DNA of 64,000 nt from Dehalococcoidia bacterium (GTDB lineage: Bacteria > Chloroflexota > Dehalococcoidia > Lucifugimonadales > UBA1127): assembly GCA_965217675.1 (NCBI GenBank), contig OZ244559.1, forward strand, positions 2,243,216 through 2,307,215, written 5' to 3'. Made by a program: the position numbers and the translations under genes. Below are positions 9,269-17,414 of this stretch, in pieces. Each line of letters begins with the position of its first letter. The stretch's first letter is position 1. The notes under the pieces were generated by a model. That model did not search any database and was not told the origin of the DNA. It saw only the letters and a list, made by a program, of their open reading frames with translations.

Positions 9269-9623
9269 AACGCATTTTTGGGGCCAAGGTATGCGCCATC
9301 CAAGGCCAGAGGCAAGACTCCGGCCACAAATATCATCCTAGCTTGAATGTGTCTGCAAATACACACTATTGCCTCTCATTCCCATACGGCTTCTCTACAA
9401 TAGTTCCTATATTGTTGATTCACCTATGTAACAAATACAGTCCGTATTCTGCAAAATATATGTTTTGGACAGGTGCAGAACAGCGCCGCACCTACGCCTA
9501 GAACACATGCAGGCCGTCAAAATCGACAAAAACCGTGAAACATTATCCTAGAACGGCCCTCCGTCCGACTGGTACATTCGATGCTCTAGCCCAACTGTCG
9601 CATTCGCGCATTCGGCCTGTGCC
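9269..9623. other. Candidate chromosomal replication origin (oriC), or at least the dnaA promoter region
   Basis: A 355-bp non-coding stretch lies immediately upstream of dnaA and is visibly AT-rich against the GC-rich background. Only degenerate DnaA-box-like 9-mers are present: TTATCCTAG at 9543-9551, ATTTCCACC at 9259-9267, and GGTGAATCA on the reverse strand at about 9416-9424. AT-rich tracts lie at 9395-9465. Confidence 0.35.
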
Positions 9624-11039
9624 ATGGGCCGCGTGCTCGCCAGGGAGACGACTAGCGTGAGCTCCAGGGAACCCCGAAAGCTATGGGAAGCTGTGCTCGG
9701 CGACCTGCAGGTGCAGGTTGCCAGGCCAAGCTATGATACCTTCCTGAAGCAAACCGTGGGTATCGCCATAGCCGAGGACTGCCTCGTGGTTGCGGCGCCG
9801 AGCGCCTTCGCGGCGGAGTACCTCGGCAAGCGCATGAAGGGCGTTGTGCAGCGGGCGATCGAGCGCGTGTCGCGCGTTCCGATGGACGTGCGCTTCGAGG
9901 TGCAAGCGGCGAGCGCGATGGCGGCGTCGCCGGCGGCTGGGGCCACGGCTGTCGACGAAGTCGAGCCAGCCGGACCGTTGCCGGCGCCGAGGGTTGTCGG
10001 GCCGGGGGCTGCCCAGCTCCCGCTCGACCCACGCTACGTCTTCGGCCGCTTCACCGTCGGGGCGTCCAACGAGCTCGCCGTGGCGGCGGCGAAGGCGGCG
10101 GCGGAGTTTCCGGGCGAAAAGTACAACCCCGTCTTCCTCTACTCGCCGCCGGGGCTCGGGAAGACGCACCTGCTGCACGCCGTCGGGCACCGGGCGCGCG
10201 AGCGGGGGTTGCAGGCGCTCTATGTCAGCAGCGATCGCTTTGTGACGGAGTTCGTGACCTCCATCCGCGAGGGCAAGGCGGCGGAGTTTCGGGAGCGCTA
10301 CCGCCGCCCCGACGTGCTGCTGATGGACGACGTGCAGTTCCTCAGCGGCAAGGAGCAGACCCAGGAGGGACTGTTCCACATCTTCAACGAGCTTCACCAC
10401 TCGGGCCGGCAGGTGGTGCTGGCCTCCGACCGGCCGCCCCGCGCGCTGAAGCCGCTGGACGACCGGCTGCGGTCGCGCTTCGAGTGGGGGCTCATCGCCG
10501 ACATTCAGCCACCGGACCTGGAAACGCGGCTCGCGATCCTGCGGGCCAAGGCGGCGTCGCTCGACGTCGATGTGCCTGCCGACGTGATGGAGTCGCTGGG
10601 ACGGCGGGCAAGCCACAGCGTCCGCGAGCTCGAGGGATGCCTGAACCGGATCTCGGCGTACGCCGAGATGACGGGGCGCCCCGTGACCATTGACCTCGTG
10701 GAGCAGGCGCTCGGCGGTCTGGAAACGCGCTCCGAGCCGGTGGTGCACACCGCGGACGGGGTGATCGAGCAGGCGGCGCGGCTGTTCGCCACGACGGCGG
10801 CGGCCCTGAAGGGGCCCAAGCGCGAGCGGACCGTCTCGCACGCGCGGCATCTTGCCATGTACGTCATGCGAGAGGACATGGGGCTCGCGCTGACGGAGAT
10901 CGGCCGGGCCCTCGGCGGCCGCGACCACAGCACCGTCTTTCAGGCCGTCGGCAAGATTGCGGAGCGGCTGAAGGGCGACGCGTCGCTGCAACGTGACCTC
11001 GCCGCCCTGCGGGGCCGGGTGGGAAGCCGCGCGGCGTAG
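9624..11039 (+). CDS. dnaA: Chromosomal replication initiator protein DnaA
   Basis: ORF 9624..11039 (471 aa). YNPVFLYSPPGLGKTHLLHAVG is the Walker A motif, VLLMDDVQFL is the Walker B motif, VLASDRPP is present, and the C-terminal DNA-binding domain carries DHSTV. Confidence 0.95.
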   Translation: MGRVLARETTSVSSREPRKLWEAVLGDLQVQVARPSYDTFLKQTVGIAIAEDCLVVAAPSAFAAEYLGKRMKGVVQRAIERVSRVPMDVRFEVQAASAMAASPAAGATAVDEVEPAGPLPAPRVVGPGAAQLPLDPRYVFGRFTVGASNELAVAAAKAAAEFPGEKYNPVFLYSPPGLGKTHLLHAVGHRARERGLQALYVSSDRFVTEFVTSIREGKAAEFRERYRRPDVLLMDDVQFLSGKEQTQEGLFHIFNELHHSGRQVVLASDRPPRALKPLDDRLRSRFEWGLIADIQPPDLETRLAILRAKAASLDVDVPADVMESLGRRASHSVRELEGCLNRISAYAEMTGRPVTIDLVEQALGGLETRSEPVVHTADGVIEQAARLFATTAAALKGPKRERTVSHARHLAMYVMREDMGLALTEIGRALGGRDHSTVFQAVGKIAERLKGDASLQRDLAALRGRVGSRAA

Positions 11040-11173
11040 CCCCAGCCTCCAAACCCTTCCCACCTCCCCCCAACCCTTGCCCCGGCCCACCCCCTCCGGT
11101 ACAGTGTTTCCGGCCCGCCTGCCAGAAGCGTCGGCGTGTGCCGCCCATTCTACACTCGAATGGAGGACCAGGC

Positions 11174-11956
11174 ATGATTGGGACCAACACCCTGAAGGCA
11201 AAGCTGCGCAACGGCGAGGGCGTCATCGGCGCGTTCAACTCGATCCCGTCGCCAGACGCCGTGGAGATCCTGGGCTTCCTGGGCATGGACTTTGTCATCA
11301 TCGACGCGGAACACGGTGTGTCCGACCTGGAGTCGTGCGAGCACCAGGTGCGGGCGGCAGAGTCCGTCGGCATCTCCACCATGTGCCGCATCGCGCTGAA
11401 CCTGCCTCAGAACATCCTTCGCTACCTGGACACCGGCGTCATGGGCGCGCAGATCCCGCAGGTGAACTCCGCCGCGGAGGCGCGGTCCACCGTCGACGCG
11501 GTGCGCTACCCGCCGGTGGGGGTGCGCGGTCTGGCCGGCGTCCGCGCCGGGGGCTACGGCATCGGCATGGCCCTGGGCGACTACTTGAAGCTGGCCAACG
11601 AGGAGCTCATCCTGTGCGTGCAGATTGAGACGACGCAGGCCGTGGAGCAGGCGGCGGAGATCGTGGCGACGGAGGGCGTCGACCTGGTCTTCATCGGTCC
11701 GACGGACCTGTCCATCTCGATGGGCTATCCCGGCCAGCCGACGCACCCCGCGGTGATGGAGGCCATTGAGCACGTGGGGGTGGCCGCCGTCGCCGCTGGC
11801 AAGTGGGCCGGCACCATCGCCCGAGACGCCGACGCCTACGAGCACTGGCGCAACGTGGGCTACCAGTACCTGGCGACGGGCACACCCGCCTTCCTGGCAC
11901 AGGGGGCCCGCCAATACATCGAGAGCTGCCGGGAGCGCGAGAAGGCCGGAGCGTAG
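11174..11956 (+). CDS. HpcH/HpaI-family 2-keto-3-deoxyacid aldolase (GarL/HpaI-like)
   Basis: ORF 11138..11956. VIGAFNSIPSPDAVEILGFLGMDFVIIDAEHG...VRYPPVGVRG matches the family. I place the start at ATG 11174, which has a GGAGGA RBS. Confidence 0.85.
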   Translation: MIGTNTLKAKLRNGEGVIGAFNSIPSPDAVEILGFLGMDFVIIDAEHGVSDLESCEHQVRAAESVGISTMCRIALNLPQNILRYLDTGVMGAQIPQVNSAAEARSTVDAVRYPPVGVRGLAGVRAGGYGIGMALGDYLKLANEELILCVQIETTQAVEQAAEIVATEGVDLVFIGPTDLSISMGYPGQPTHPAVMEAIEHVGVAAVAAGKWAGTIARDADAYEHWRNVGYQYLATGTPAFLAQGARQYIESCREREKAGA

Positions 11957-11978
11957 GCATTTCCACAGCCGCGGGAGT

Positions 11979-12051
11979 CCGTTCGCCCTGAGCCCGTCGA
12001 GGGGTCGCTTGAACGCCACGGGAGTCCGTTCGCCCTGAGCCTGTCGAAGGG
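11979..12051 (-). repeat. Two copies of dispersed repeat family A (reverse orientation) between the aldolase and dehydrogenase genes
   Basis: CCGTTCGCCCTGAGCCCGTCGAGGGG lies at 11979-12004 and CCGTTCGCCCTGAGCCTGTCGAAGGG at 12026-12051. Both are preceded by GGGAGT, and the period is 47 bp. Confidence 0.85.
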
Positions 12052-12099
12052 TCTCCCGTAGAGGCGTCTGCAGGCAAGCTGGATTGAGGAGACAAGGCC

Positions 12100-12993
12100 A
12101 TGCACGTGGGATTTGTTGGACTGGGGCTGATGGGCGCCCCAATGAGCCGAAACCTGTTGAAGGCCGGGCACTCCGTCCGCGCCTGGAACCGCACAGCCTC
12201 CAAGGTGGACGCCTTCGTCTCGGACGGCGGCGAGGCGGCATCGTCGCCGCAGGACGCAGCCGCGGGCGCGGAGGTTGTGATCACGATGGTCACGGACTCC
12301 CCTGACGTGGAGGCGGTGATTCTGGGCGAGGGCGGCGTCATCCATGGCGCCGAGGCGGGGACGGTGGTCATCGACATGAGCACCATCTCGCCGGAGGTGA
12401 CCCGCACCGTCGGCGCGGCGCTGGCGGAACGGGGCGTGCCGATGTTGGACGCGCCCGTCAGCGGTGGCGTGCTTGGGGCGCAGAACGCCGCCCTCTCCAT
12501 CATGCTCGGCGGCGACCGGGAGGTTTTCGAGAGCGTGCGGCCCGTGCTGGAAGCGATGGGCACGCGCATCACCTACTGCGGCGAACTCGGCATGGGGCAG
12601 GTGACCAAGCTGGTGAACCAGGTCATCGTCGCCGGCACCATGGCGGCGGTGTCCGAGGGGCTGCTCTTCGGCGCGGCGGCGGGCGCTGACCTGCAGGCGG
12701 TGTTCTCGGCGGTCACCGGCGGCGCGGCCAACTCATGGCAACTCGAGAACCTGGGCGCGCGCCTGCTCAAGGACGACTTCGCACCTGGCTTCATGGTCCG
12801 CCTTCAGCAGAAGGACCTGCGGCTCATCATGGAGGCGGCACAGCAGATGAACCTGCCGTTGTTCACCACGCCGCTGGTGCACCACCTCTACCGGTCCGTC
12901 GAGGGGCAGGGCCACGGCGACGAGGGGACGCAGGCGTACATCAAGGCGCTGGAAGCCCTCGCCGGCGTGCAGGCCCGCTTCCCGGACGCATAG
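12100..12993 (+). CDS. NAD(P)-dependent beta-hydroxyacid dehydrogenase (tartronate semialdehyde / 3-hydroxyisobutyrate reductase family)
   Basis: ORF 12100..12993. It has the N-terminal Rossmann motif VGFVGLGLMGAPMSRNL and a family-typical length. Pairing with an HpcH aldolase resembles garL-garR. Confidence 0.85.
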   Translation: MHVGFVGLGLMGAPMSRNLLKAGHSVRAWNRTASKVDAFVSDGGEAASSPQDAAAGAEVVITMVTDSPDVEAVILGEGGVIHGAEAGTVVIDMSTISPEVTRTVGAALAERGVPMLDAPVSGGVLGAQNAALSIMLGGDREVFESVRPVLEAMGTRITYCGELGMGQVTKLVNQVIVAGTMAAVSEGLLFGAAAGADLQAVFSAVTGGAANSWQLENLGARLLKDDFAPGFMVRLQQKDLRLIMEAAQQMNLPLFTTPLVHHLYRSVEGQGHGDEGTQAYIKALEALAGVQARFPDA

Positions 12994-13010
12994 GGCGAGG
13001 GCAATCCACG

Positions 13011-13481
13011 GTGAAGCTCAGCTTCCACTGCAACATTCCCGCTCCCATCGAGGAGGTCTACGAGTACGTCACCGCCATGGGGCCGACGGGGACGATCGAC
13101 CAGGCGCTCTTCGTGCAGAAGTACGGCGAGCCGGTGCAGGAAGTCGACGGCGCCGTGCTCACCCGCGATACGGAGGACGACGCCGAAGCGCTGTGGCGCT
13201 GCACCTTCACCTACCCGGAACGACGCACCATGGAGGCCATAGATTCCTCATGGTCGGACCGGGAGGACGTCTTTGAGAGGGTGAAGGACGGCACCCGCTG
13301 GACGGTCACCTTCAACCCCAAGTCTCGCGCCCTCCACGGACTGGTGCAGTGGCTCTACTTCCTGGCCGTCGGCAAGTACCGGGTGGGCGTCCCGGTGCTC
13401 TCGCCGGTGGTGCAGCACTTCCGGCGGAAGGCGCGTGAGGCGGCCGAGTCAGGCGAGGAGCCGCCGGTCGTGGAGGAGTAG
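13011..13481 (+). CDS. Hypothetical protein, possibly SRPBCC/START-like
   Basis: This is the in-frame part of ORF 12735..13481, which overlaps the preceding gene. I place the start at GTG 13011 (VKLSFHCNIPAPIEEVYEYV...), just after the upstream stop. The fold assignment is a weak pattern-level guess. Confidence 0.45.
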   Translation: MKLSFHCNIPAPIEEVYEYVTAMGPTGTIDQALFVQKYGEPVQEVDGAVLTRDTEDDAEALWRCTFTYPERRTMEAIDSSWSDREDVFERVKDGTRWTVTFNPKSRALHGLVQWLYFLAVGKYRVGVPVLSPVVQHFRRKAREAAESGEEPPVVEE

Positions 13482-14056
13482 GGGCAATGCGCGTTCCGGT
13501 CACCCTGAGGCGCTCGAAACCTCTCCTGAGAGCCCACGGAGAGGGCGGCGCCCCGGGAGCGGGTGCCTCCACTCCCTGACACCGTCCCATTGCCCACACG
13601 CGTCGCCCGCCGCTACCCTCTCCCCATGAATGACTTCCTTTCTGGGCCAACAACCTCGTCGAGGTCACCAATTGTTTCGTTGCCGGTGCCCGTCGCGTCC
13701 GAGCCCGGGCCGGGTGCGGCACGCGTCGAGGGAGGTGGGCTCTCGCGCGCGTAAAACTTCGTACCAACGCAATTTATATCTGGGGAACGAATGCGCCAGC
13801 TACGATCACTCTCGGGAAAACAACCTCCCGCGGCTACCCATTTTAGCTACGACGAGGCGGAAAACTATTATTTCGGTGACCGCTCACCCACCGGGAAGAG
13901 AGAGGGCAACCTGAAGTGGCATGAGGCGATCGGGAGACCACGCCGTCGGACTGCGGACTTGGAAGGCCCGCGCCGCCTGCCGGGCGACGCCGGTTTCGCA
14001 GCGGTCTCCCTTCGCAGGGGCGACGAAAGGGGCGTCGGGAGGGACTACGCGATCTC

Positions 14057-14893
14057 CTACCCCAGCAGCGTAACGTTGTCGATGAGGCGGGTCTGCCCGA
14101 AACGCACCGCCAGCGACGACAGCGCAGGCCCGCTGACCGTGTCTAGCTCCACGAGCGACTCCGCATCCGCGATGCTGACGTAGTCGATGTTCGCCAGCGG
14201 CTCCTCAGCGATGCACTCTCGCATGGCGTCACGTATGGCTGCAGCGTCCCGCTCGCCCTCCGCCGCCATCTCCAGGGCGACGGTGAGGGCACCGGACACG
14301 ACGCGCGCAGCCTTGCGCTCCTCTCGGCTGAGGTTGCCGTTGCGGCTGGACATTGCGAGCCCGTCGCGCTCCCGCACCGTCGGCACCGCGACGATCTCGA
14401 CGGGCAGGCCAAGATCGGCCGCCATCTTGCGGATAACGAGCGCCTGCTGCGCGTCCTTCTGCCCAAAGTAGCTGCGGTCCGGCCCGAGGATGTTGAAGAG
14501 CTTGAGCACGACGGTGCAGACGCCGCGGAAGTGGCCGGGACGGTGCTCGCCCTCCAACCGCGCGGCGATGTCGCCCGGCTCCACCCACGTGCCGAAGCCC
14601 TCGGGGTACATCTCCGCGTCGGAGGGGACAACGACGACGTCCACGCCCTCGCGCTCCAGGACGCGCAGGTCATCGTGGACGGGGCGGGGGTAGGCGGCCA
14701 GGTCGCGCGTGTCCCCGAACTGTGTGGGGTTGACGTAGATGGTGGCTGCGACGGTTTTGCACTCGGCCCTAGCGCGCCTTACCAACGCCAGGTGGCCTGC
14801 GTGCAGGGCGCCCATGGTGAGCACCGCGCCCAGGGGCCGCTCCACGTCCTGCAGCGCCTCACGGGCCTCGGCGATGGTGGCGCAGACCTTCAT
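14057..14893 (-). CDS. panC: Pantoate--beta-alanine ligase
   Basis: ORF 14057..14893. TMGALHAGHLALVRRA and YVNPTQFG are present. Confidence 0.95.
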   Translation of the reverse strand: MKVCATIAEAREALQDVERPLGAVLTMGALHAGHLALVRRARAECKTVAATIYVNPTQFGDTRDLAAYPRPVHDDLRVLEREGVDVVVVPSDAEMYPEGFGTWVEPGDIAARLEGEHRPGHFRGVCTVVLKLFNILGPDRSYFGQKDAQQALVIRKMAADLGLPVEIVAVPTVRERDGLAMSSRNGNLSREERKAARVVSGALTVALEMAAEGERDAAAIRDAMRECIAEEPLANIDYVSIADAESLVELDTVSGPALSSLAVRFGQTRLIDNVTLLG

Positions 14894-14901
14894 GGGGTCG
14901 G

Positions 14902-15690
14902 CTAGCCCTCTCCGGGACGGAAGGCGTCCGCCCTGACGTCGGCGGCGTACTGGGCCACGGCGCCGCTGATGGTCTCCCCCACGTCCGCGTAGCGCTTGGC
15001 GTGCTTGGGGATGTAGGACGTGTTGTAGCCGAGGAGGTCGTGGATGACCTGCACCTGCCCATCGCAGTGCGGGCCGGCGCCGATGCCGATGGTGGGAATG
15101 GTCAGTCGCTCCGTGACGGCGCCCGCCACATCGTCGGGCACCAGCTCCAGGACGACGCTGAACGCGCCGGCCTGCTGGAGGGCAAGGGCATCCTGCAACA
15201 GTGCCTCTGCAGCCGCCTCGCCTTTGCCCTGCACGCGGTACCCGCCGAGCTGGTTCACAGACTGCGGGGTGAGTCCGACGTGGCCCATGACCGGAATGCC
15301 GGCCTCGGTGATGCGATGCACCGCCTCCGCGACGCGGACGCCGCCCTCCAGCTTCACCGACTGCGCGCCGGCATCCTGCAGGAAGCGTCCAGCATTCTGG
15401 AGGGCCTGCTCAGTGCTGAGATTGTAGGAGAGGAACGGCATGTCGGCGACTACCATTGCGCGCTCGGTGCCGCGCACCACCGCCGCCGTGTGGTGCAGCA
15501 TCACTTCCATTGTCACCGGGATGGTGGAGCTGTAACCCAGCACGACCTGCCCAAGACTGTCGCCGACGAGGATGACCGGCATCCCAGCCTCCTCCACCAG
15601 CTTGGCGGTGGGGTAGTCGTAGGCGGTCAGGACGGGAAACCGTTCCCCTCGCGACTTGAATCGCTGCACCTCGAGCGTCGTTATGCGCAT
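14902..15690 (-). CDS. panB: 3-methyl-2-oxobutanoate hydroxymethyltransferase
   Basis: ORF 14902..15690. FPVLTAYDYPTAKLVEEAGMPVILVGDSLG and GHVGLTPQS are present. Confidence 0.95.
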   Translation of the reverse strand: MRITTLEVQRFKSRGERFPVLTAYDYPTAKLVEEAGMPVILVGDSLGQVVLGYSSTIPVTMEVMLHHTAAVVRGTERAMVVADMPFLSYNLSTEQALQNAGRFLQDAGAQSVKLEGGVRVAEAVHRITEAGIPVMGHVGLTPQSVNQLGGYRVQGKGEAAAEALLQDALALQQAGAFSVVLELVPDDVAGAVTERLTIPTIGIGAGPHCDGQVQVIHDLLGYNTSYIPKHAKRYADVGETISGAVAQYAADVRADAFRPGEG

Positions 15691-16598
15691 GGCGCTCCCT
15701 CGTGTTCAGAGTTGGCATCGGCAACGGAAGCAGACAGCAGCTCGCGCAGCAGCGCTTCCTGCGGTCCGGTGAGCGTCCCCTTCTCCCGGGCGATGGGGAG
15801 AGAGGCCATCGAAAGGGCGGCGTACAGCGGCAGGAAGGCGGGCGCCCGGTCCGCGAGCGCGTCGAGGTGCATACGGACGACGCCGACGTCGCCGCGGGCC
15901 GCGGGGCCGGTCAGCGCCGCCGGCAGCCCCTGTAGCTCGATGTTGTTGAGGGTGCTGCGGGTCAGCGGCAACAGGGCTCGCATCCCCTGCTCCTCCAGCC
16001 CGGGCAAGCCGCTCCAAAGATCACCGGCCTGCTTCAGCAGCGTTGCGATGAGGCCGCACGCGGCGATGGCGCTGGCGTGGTACAACGCCCGGTCTTCGGA
16101 CGACAGCGCGATGGGCCACCCGCCTAGTCGCGACACCAGCTCGTCCAATGCCCCGCGCAATGGCGCCGGGGCCTCGATGGCGCAGGCAATGCCCTGGAAG
16201 GCCGTGGCCGGGTCAACGCCGGCCGTGAAGGTCTGCAGCGGATGCATCGCGCCGGCAAGTGCGCCGGAATCGGTGACCGGCGACAGCGCTTCGAGAGGGA
16301 GCGCTCCGGAGCAATGGATAGCCGCCTGCCCGGCGCGCCATCGGAGGGAAGCGGCGACGGCGTCGATGGCATCGTCCGGGACGGTGAGGAAGACGGTATC
16401 GCAGCGGTCCGCCACATCCTGCGGCGAGGCGGCATCGCAGCCGGCAATCTCGGCGGCGAGGTGTTCGGCAGAGGCGGCAGTACGGCTTGCGACAGCGCGG
16501 ACGCTGTAGCCGCATCGGTGCATCGCCTGCGCAAGGGTGGCGCCAAGAGCACCCGCGCCGATGAAGCCGACGTTGCCGAGGAGTTGAGCGGTGGTCAT
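15681..16598 (-). CDS. Rossmann-fold NAD(P)-binding oxidoreductase (ProC/DUF2520-like), candidate ketopantoate reductase of the pan operon
   Basis: This is the C-terminal 305 codons of ORF 15681..17126. I place the start at ATG 16598 (MTTAQLLGNVGFIGAGALGATLAQ), which includes a GxGxxG motif. Its stop overlaps the panB start by 10 nt. The N-terminal 176 codons of the track ORF look like non-coding read-through. Confidence 0.7.
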   Translation of the reverse strand: MTTAQLLGNVGFIGAGALGATLAQAMHRCGYSVRAVASRTAASAEHLAAEIAGCDAASPQDVADRCDTVFLTVPDDAIDAVAASLRWRAGQAAIHCSGALPLEALSPVTDSGALAGAMHPLQTFTAGVDPATAFQGIACAIEAPAPLRGALDELVSRLGGWPIALSSEDRALYHASAIAACGLIATLLKQAGDLWSGLPGLEEQGMRALLPLTRSTLNNIELQGLPAALTGPAARGDVGVVRMHLDALADRAPAFLPLYAALSMASLPIAREKGTLTGPQEALLRELLSASVADANSEHEGAPCA

Positions 16599-16765
16599 GT
16601 CTCTCGTCCCGGTCTGCAGGCAGCGGGACTCGGCGGGCACACGCGGCTGGCGTTCGAGGGAAACGCGAGTCTGAGAGGCGCCGTCGCGGTCATGCTGATC
16701 CCCGCGGCCAAAGATTGGGGTTGCCGGAACCCATTCGCCACCTGAGTCAGGTTGGCGTTGCCACA

Positions 16766-16793
16766 ATGATACCGCACGGGGCAAGCGTGTCAA
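16766..16793 (-). promoter_or_regulatory. Candidate promoter of the pan operon
   Basis: The minus strand reads TTGACA (16793-16788), a 16-nt spacer, then TATCAT (16771-16766). This would give a leader of about 160 nt. Confidence 0.35.
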
Positions 16794-16819
16794 CGGGACG
16801 GGGGAATTGGGGGAGGTTT

Positions 16820-17323
16820 CTACCGCTGATGGTCCATCATCTGTACCCATTGGGCGATGATCCGGTCGTCTTGGGGGAAGGCCAGGGGCGGGAGGTCGTC
16901 GACGGAGAAATAGCCCGCGCCGTCGATCTCCCAGGACTCCGTCGTGAGGCCGCCGCCGATAGCCTGGGCGCCGTAGGCTGCGACCACGATGGGGCGGCCA
17001 GAGACGGAGAAGAGCCCAACGAGGCCGGTGATGGTCACCTTCAGCCCGGTCTCCTCGAGGGCCTCGCGGGCGGCGGCTTCCTCGACGACCTCGCCCTGCT
17101 CCACATAGCCCCCGGGGAGGGCCCAACGGCCCTTCTCCTCGCCGTAACTTCGCTGCACCATGAGCAGTTTAGAGGAGTCTCCGACCAACACGGTGGCGAC
17201 CAGCTTCGGGCCGAGCTGCAGGATGACCTGGCACTGCGGGCAATAGGGCCGCCATTGGCCGTCCACGGTGCGGACGGTCACCGCGCTCCGACAGGTCGGA
17301 CAGCTTTCGAAATTCGTGAACAT
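16820..17323 (-). CDS. NUDIX hydrolase with N-terminal zinc-ribbon
   Basis: This is the C-terminal 167 codons of ORF 16820..17578, with the start at ATG 17323 (MFTNFESCPTCRS...CPQC). The Nudix box is GGYVEQGEVVEEAAAREALEETG. Confidence 0.85.
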   Translation of the reverse strand: MFTNFESCPTCRSAVTVRTVDGQWRPYCPQCQVILQLGPKLVATVLVGDSSKLLMVQRSYGEEKGRWALPGGYVEQGEVVEEAAAREALEETGLKVTITGLVGLFSVSGRPIVVAAYGAQAIGGGLTTESWEIDGAGYFSVDDLPPLAFPQDDRIIAQWVQMMDHQR

Positions 17324-17349
17324 CGTCACCCCTCGGCCAAATGGGGGTA

Positions 17350-17358
17350 TGCTATATG
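17350..17358 (+). promoter_or_regulatory. Candidate extended -10 promoter (TGcTATATG) for the MmgE/PrpD gene
   Basis: TG at 17350-17351 and TATATG at 17353-17358, in the divergent intergenic region. Confidence 0.3.
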
Positions 17359-17414
17359 CCGCCCTTTTGGCTGAACGCCCGTATGGTACACCACCGGAGG
17401 AGGTTCCCCAACAC

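Noticed and set aside
9269-9623. Perfect DnaA boxes (TTATCCACA / TGTGGATAA) in the dnaA upstream region
   Set aside because: None is present by eye; only 6/9-type matches occur. The region is therefore reported as a low-confidence oriC candidate rather than a defined origin.
13782-14063. Possible tmRNA (GGGG… 5' end, an Ala-start segment resembling ANDENY-type tags, CCCC near the 3' end)
   Set aside because: It has no canonical T-arm (GGTTCGA-type loop). Only 4 bp of acceptor pairing are possible. The putative tag frame has no nearby stop or typical (A/L)AA ending. The 3' end would overlap the panC coding region.
15681-17126. N-terminally extended versions of track ORFs (15681..17126, 16820..17578, 17268..18809, 20345..21526, 27552..28952, 29428..31143, 50728..51564, 61093..63222)
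   Set aside because: The extensions are Arg/Pro-rich and overlap upstream genes or promoters. Internal starts with good RBSs coincide with the conserved N-termini of the respective families.
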